DNA of 64,000 bases, taken from NCBI RefSeq assembly GCF_018977255.1, contig NW_024704742.1, positions 69,318,001-69,382,000 of the forward strand, in the 5' to 3' direction. Positions 63,764 through 64,000 of this stretch are shown in pieces. Within the stretch, counting starts at the first letter, position 1. Each line of letters opens with the position of its first letter. The translations under genes were made by a program, and so were the position numbers. The DNA comes from Callorhinchus milii. Its lineage: Eukaryota. The notes under the pieces are model-generated. The model made no database searches. It was not told the DNA's origin and saw only the letters and a list, made by a program, of their open reading frames with translations.

Positions 63764-64000
63764 GTAAGCTCATCCCTTTTTTATTCCTGATCAGCCAGGT
63801 ATCAGTAACATTTGTAGAAACATAGGTACTCAGGAACGGGAGTAGGCCATTTGGACCATCAAGCCCGTTGTAGTACTTTCCAAAATCATGGCCGATTTGC
63901 AACTCAATTTCACCTCCACGCCCTCTCTCTGTATCCTTTGATATCTGTCTATCAAGCATAATGACTATTTGCCTTTTAAATTCTTTAATTGACTCTGTCT

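Overview
Vertebrate genomic DNA with introns and dense L2/CR1 LINEs and tRNA-headed SINEs. The repeat mix suggests a cartilaginous fish, possibly a holocephalan (inference only). About 59.7 kb is a head-to-tail array of ~17-21 kb units, each carrying a minus-strand 4-exon liver-type fatty acid-binding protein (FABP1-like) gene. Three copies are complete and intact (14893-23680, 35298-42304, 51667-59468; coding exons 67/173/93/54 nt, 128 aa). Exon 1 of a fourth copy lies at 2482-2548. A more diverged FABP1-like gene begins head-to-head on the plus strand at 63697. Array proteins align without gaps to mammalian FABP1 but lack the carboxylate-binding Arg122, differ from each other mostly by amino-acid-changing substitutions, and have lost the TATA box the plus-strand paralog keeps. 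Each unit also carries a decayed 3' half of an older FABP paralog. Several junctions show templated or fold-back insertions, including a 56-bp copy of exon 2 inside intron 1. Nearly all ORFs in the supplied track are retroelement debris. Alignments and counts were done by eye, and mobile-element boundaries are approximate.
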